Below are positions 61,300-64,000 of a stretch of DNA of 64,000 bases, in pieces. Origin of the DNA: Cetorhinus maximus (Eukaryota); contig NC_135899.1 in NCBI RefSeq assembly GCF_964194155.1, positions 81,654,001 to 81,718,000 of the forward strand, written 5' to 3'. The notes beneath the pieces were generated by a model. It was not told the origin of the DNA, did not search any database, and saw only the letters and a list, made by a program, of their open reading frames with translations. The translations under genes were made by a program, and so were the position numbers. Each line of letters begins with the position of its first letter. The first letter of the stretch is position 1.

Positions 61300-62785
61300 T
61301 TTGATTGGATTCTGGGGAGGTACCGAAGGACTGGAGAATTGCAAACATTACGCCCTTGTTCCAAAAAGGTTGTAAAGAGCCGCCCTGCAATCACAGACCA
61401 GTCATCTTAACTTTGGTGGTGGGGAAACTTCTAGAAACAATTACTTGGGATAGAATTAATAGTCACATGGAAAAAATGTGGATTGCTTCGGAGGAGTCAG
61501 CATGGATTTGTTAAAGGAAAATTGTGTCTAACTAACTTGCTGGAGTTTTTTGAAGTGGTAACAGAGATGGTTGATGAGGGCAAGGCCGTTAATGTGGTGT
61601 ATATGGACTTCCAAAAGGAGTTTGATACAGTGCCACACAACAAACTTGTGGGGAAAGTTATAGGCCATGGAATAAAAGGGACAGTAGCAACATGGATACA
61701 AAATTGGCTGAAAAATAAGAAGCAGAGAGTAATCGTTAATGGGTGTTTTTCAGGCTGGAAGAAGGTTTGTAGTGGAGTTCCCCAGGGGTTGGTATTGGGA
61801 CCCTTGCTTTTCCTGATAGATATACATGATCTAGATCTTGGTGTGCAGGGGACAATTTCAAAGCTTGCAGACAACACAAAACTTGAGAGAATTGTAAACT
61901 GTGAGGACAGTGTAGAACTTCAAAAGGACATTGACACATTGGTGGAGTGGGCAGATAGGTGGCAGATGAAGTTCAATGTGGAGAAGTGTGAGGTGATACA
62001 TTTTGGCACAAAGAACATGGACAGTGTAAAATAAAGGATACTATTCTAAAGGGTGTACAGGAGCAGAGAGACCTGGGTGTATATGTACATAAGTGATTAA
62101 AGGTGGCAGGACAGGTAGAGAGAGCTGTTTCTAAAGCATTCAGTATTCTAGGCTTCATTAATAAGGGCATAGAGTACAAGAGCAGGAAGGTTATGATGAA
62201 CTAATATAAGACACTGGTTAGACCTCATCTGGAGTATTGTGTACAGTCCTGGGCGCCACACTATAGGAAGGATGTGAATGCATTGGAGGGAGTGCAGAAG
62301 AGGTTTATGAGAATGGTTCTAGGGATGAGACACTTCAGTTATGAGGAAAGATTGGAGAAGTTGGGATTGTTTTTCTTGGAGAGGAGAAGGCTAAGAGGAG
62401 ACTTGACAGAAGTTTTCAAAACCATGTGGGGTCTGGACAAAGTAGATAGGGAGAAACTGTTCCCCTCTCGTAAGCAGATCGAGAACCAGAGGGCACAGTT
62501 TTGAAGTGTTTTGCAAAAGAAGCAAATGCAAGGTGAGGAAAAAACTTTTTCACACGGCGAGTAGTTAGTGTTTGGAATGCACTGCCTGGAAGTGTGGTGG
62601 AGGCAGGCTCAATTGGGGCATTCAAGAGGGCATTGGATGATTATTTAAATAAAAACAACGTGCAGGGCTACGGGGAAAAGGCAGGAGATTGGCACTAAGT
62701 TAAAATGCTCAGAGAGCCGGTGCAGAAACGATGGGCCGAATGGCCTCCTCCTCCACCGTAACAACTCTGTGACCCTGTGATTTAC
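61300..62785 (+). mobile_element. CR1 LINE, 5'-truncated ORF2 RT + 3' UTR
   Basis: [73 protein letters not shown] (FADD), WQMKFNVEKCEVIHFG; stops and frameshifts. Confidence 0.95.
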
Positions 62786-63611
62786 AGTATTTTAAAATGT
62801 CTGCTCCATGCTTCAGCTCCATGGCTTCCAGCACCTCCTATAGTTTATTTACTTTTCCCTGTGTCCACACCCAGGTTCAACCAATCAAGTACAGTCAATA
62901 GTAAACAGACTCATATAATCAAATAGAGAACAAATGAACCATTGAACACTGCGCTGTGGTCCCCTCCAGAGCCAGCATGCATTGAAACTGGTGTGAATTT
63001 CAACTTCCTAGCTGTGACATCACTGTTTGAAATCCCTTAAAAAGTTATACCTTGTTGAATGAGGAGTAAGTAGGCTTTTAATGGCAAAGTGATTCATAAA
63101 ATTTGATGAGCTGGAGTTGAAAAAAATAATTTCATAATCAAGGAGTGCTTTTAAGTGATTGACTAGTAGATTTTCTTAAGCTAAATTTTTAATGATCATT
63201 TAAGAAGAACCTTTTTTCAGAATATTTTAGCTTCTTCTTCACCCATGCATGTGTCTCAATCATTAATTTGCTGTACATAAAAAGTTTTAAAGTGATTTGA
63301 TTTTACTGTTTTTTTGTTCCCTGCTTGTGTCTCGGTTAAAATCCCCTAATCTGATTGGCTGTTTGGACAGCTCGGAGACACCACTCAAGCTCCTCAGTAA
63401 AAAAACACTGCAATCGGTTACAGTTTCACTACGGGGTAATAGAGGTGAAATTCCATCAGAGATCGCTACATCTCTCAGGGGGACTTAGCTCATGGTCAGC
63501 AGCAAGCACCCTTGCTTTGCCACTGACCGCACTGCATTTGTCTGCGTATCAGTGATTTGAATGCTGCATAGGAAATCATTTGCGATGGGGCTGAACAACA
63601 AAAGCAAGACA

Positions 63612-64000
63612 TTGGGTGGTATTTAACGGAGGCAACGAGGATCTCACCCTCTGACTGCCAATCACTTCATTCAATCAAGGACACCAGGGGCGGAAATCCC
63701 ACCCCACGAGAGAGCTGCTGGCCAATCAGAAGCTGGGGAAGTTGTGACTGCTGCTGGCGATGCACCCACCCGAGGCCCAGGATTGCCGAGGGTCCCGGGC
63801 TACAGGTGAGCGAAGGCAGGGGTGGGGTGGGAGGGGGGTGGGGGGCAAGGGGGGTCATGGGGAGGGCTGTTGCAGGGCAGGGGGGGTCACAGCAGGGTGC
63901 AGGGTGGGGGGGTTCACATTGCGGGGAGTCATGGGGTGGTCATGGACTGGGGGGGGTGGTGGGGTGGGGGTGGGGAGGTTACAGGGGAAGGGGGGTCGGC
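63612..64000. mobile_element. GC-rich MITE-like fragment running off the window
   Basis: gggtggtattt terminus; gagagctgctggccaatcaga resembles 42256-42280; G-run rich. Confidence 0.4.

Overview
Eukaryotic, repeat-dense DNA that looks like a cartilaginous fish (shark), judged from HE1-type V-SINEs with their HER1-type partner LINE, SacSINE1-type DeuSINEs and abundant CR1 fragments. No host protein-coding exon could be supported, so the window is intergenic or intronic. Main contents: (1) a 3.7-kb PIF/Harbinger transposon (46563-50299) with TIRs, a 3-bp TSD, an intact DDE core and a convergent spliced partner gene that has lost its Myb exon; a second copy keeping the Myb exon but no transposase (33.4-35.4 kb); a third decayed transposase; and at least six related MITEs. 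(2) A Penelope-like element (RT + GIY-YIG) with a minimal hammerhead ribozyme in its 3' end, and three short non-autonomous insertions built from that end, each with a 13-16-bp TSD. These are a 136-bp retrozyme-like unit, a fold-back with two outward-facing hammerheads enclosing a 62-bp copy of the neighbouring Harbinger, and a fold-back whose centre has expanded into 67 x 27-bp repeats. (3) A Gypsy-like LTR remnant whose protease reads directly into a long acidic ORF instead of RT/IN, plus RTE and L2 fragments. Family names come from recalled motifs, not database searches, and boundaries of degraded repeats are approximate.
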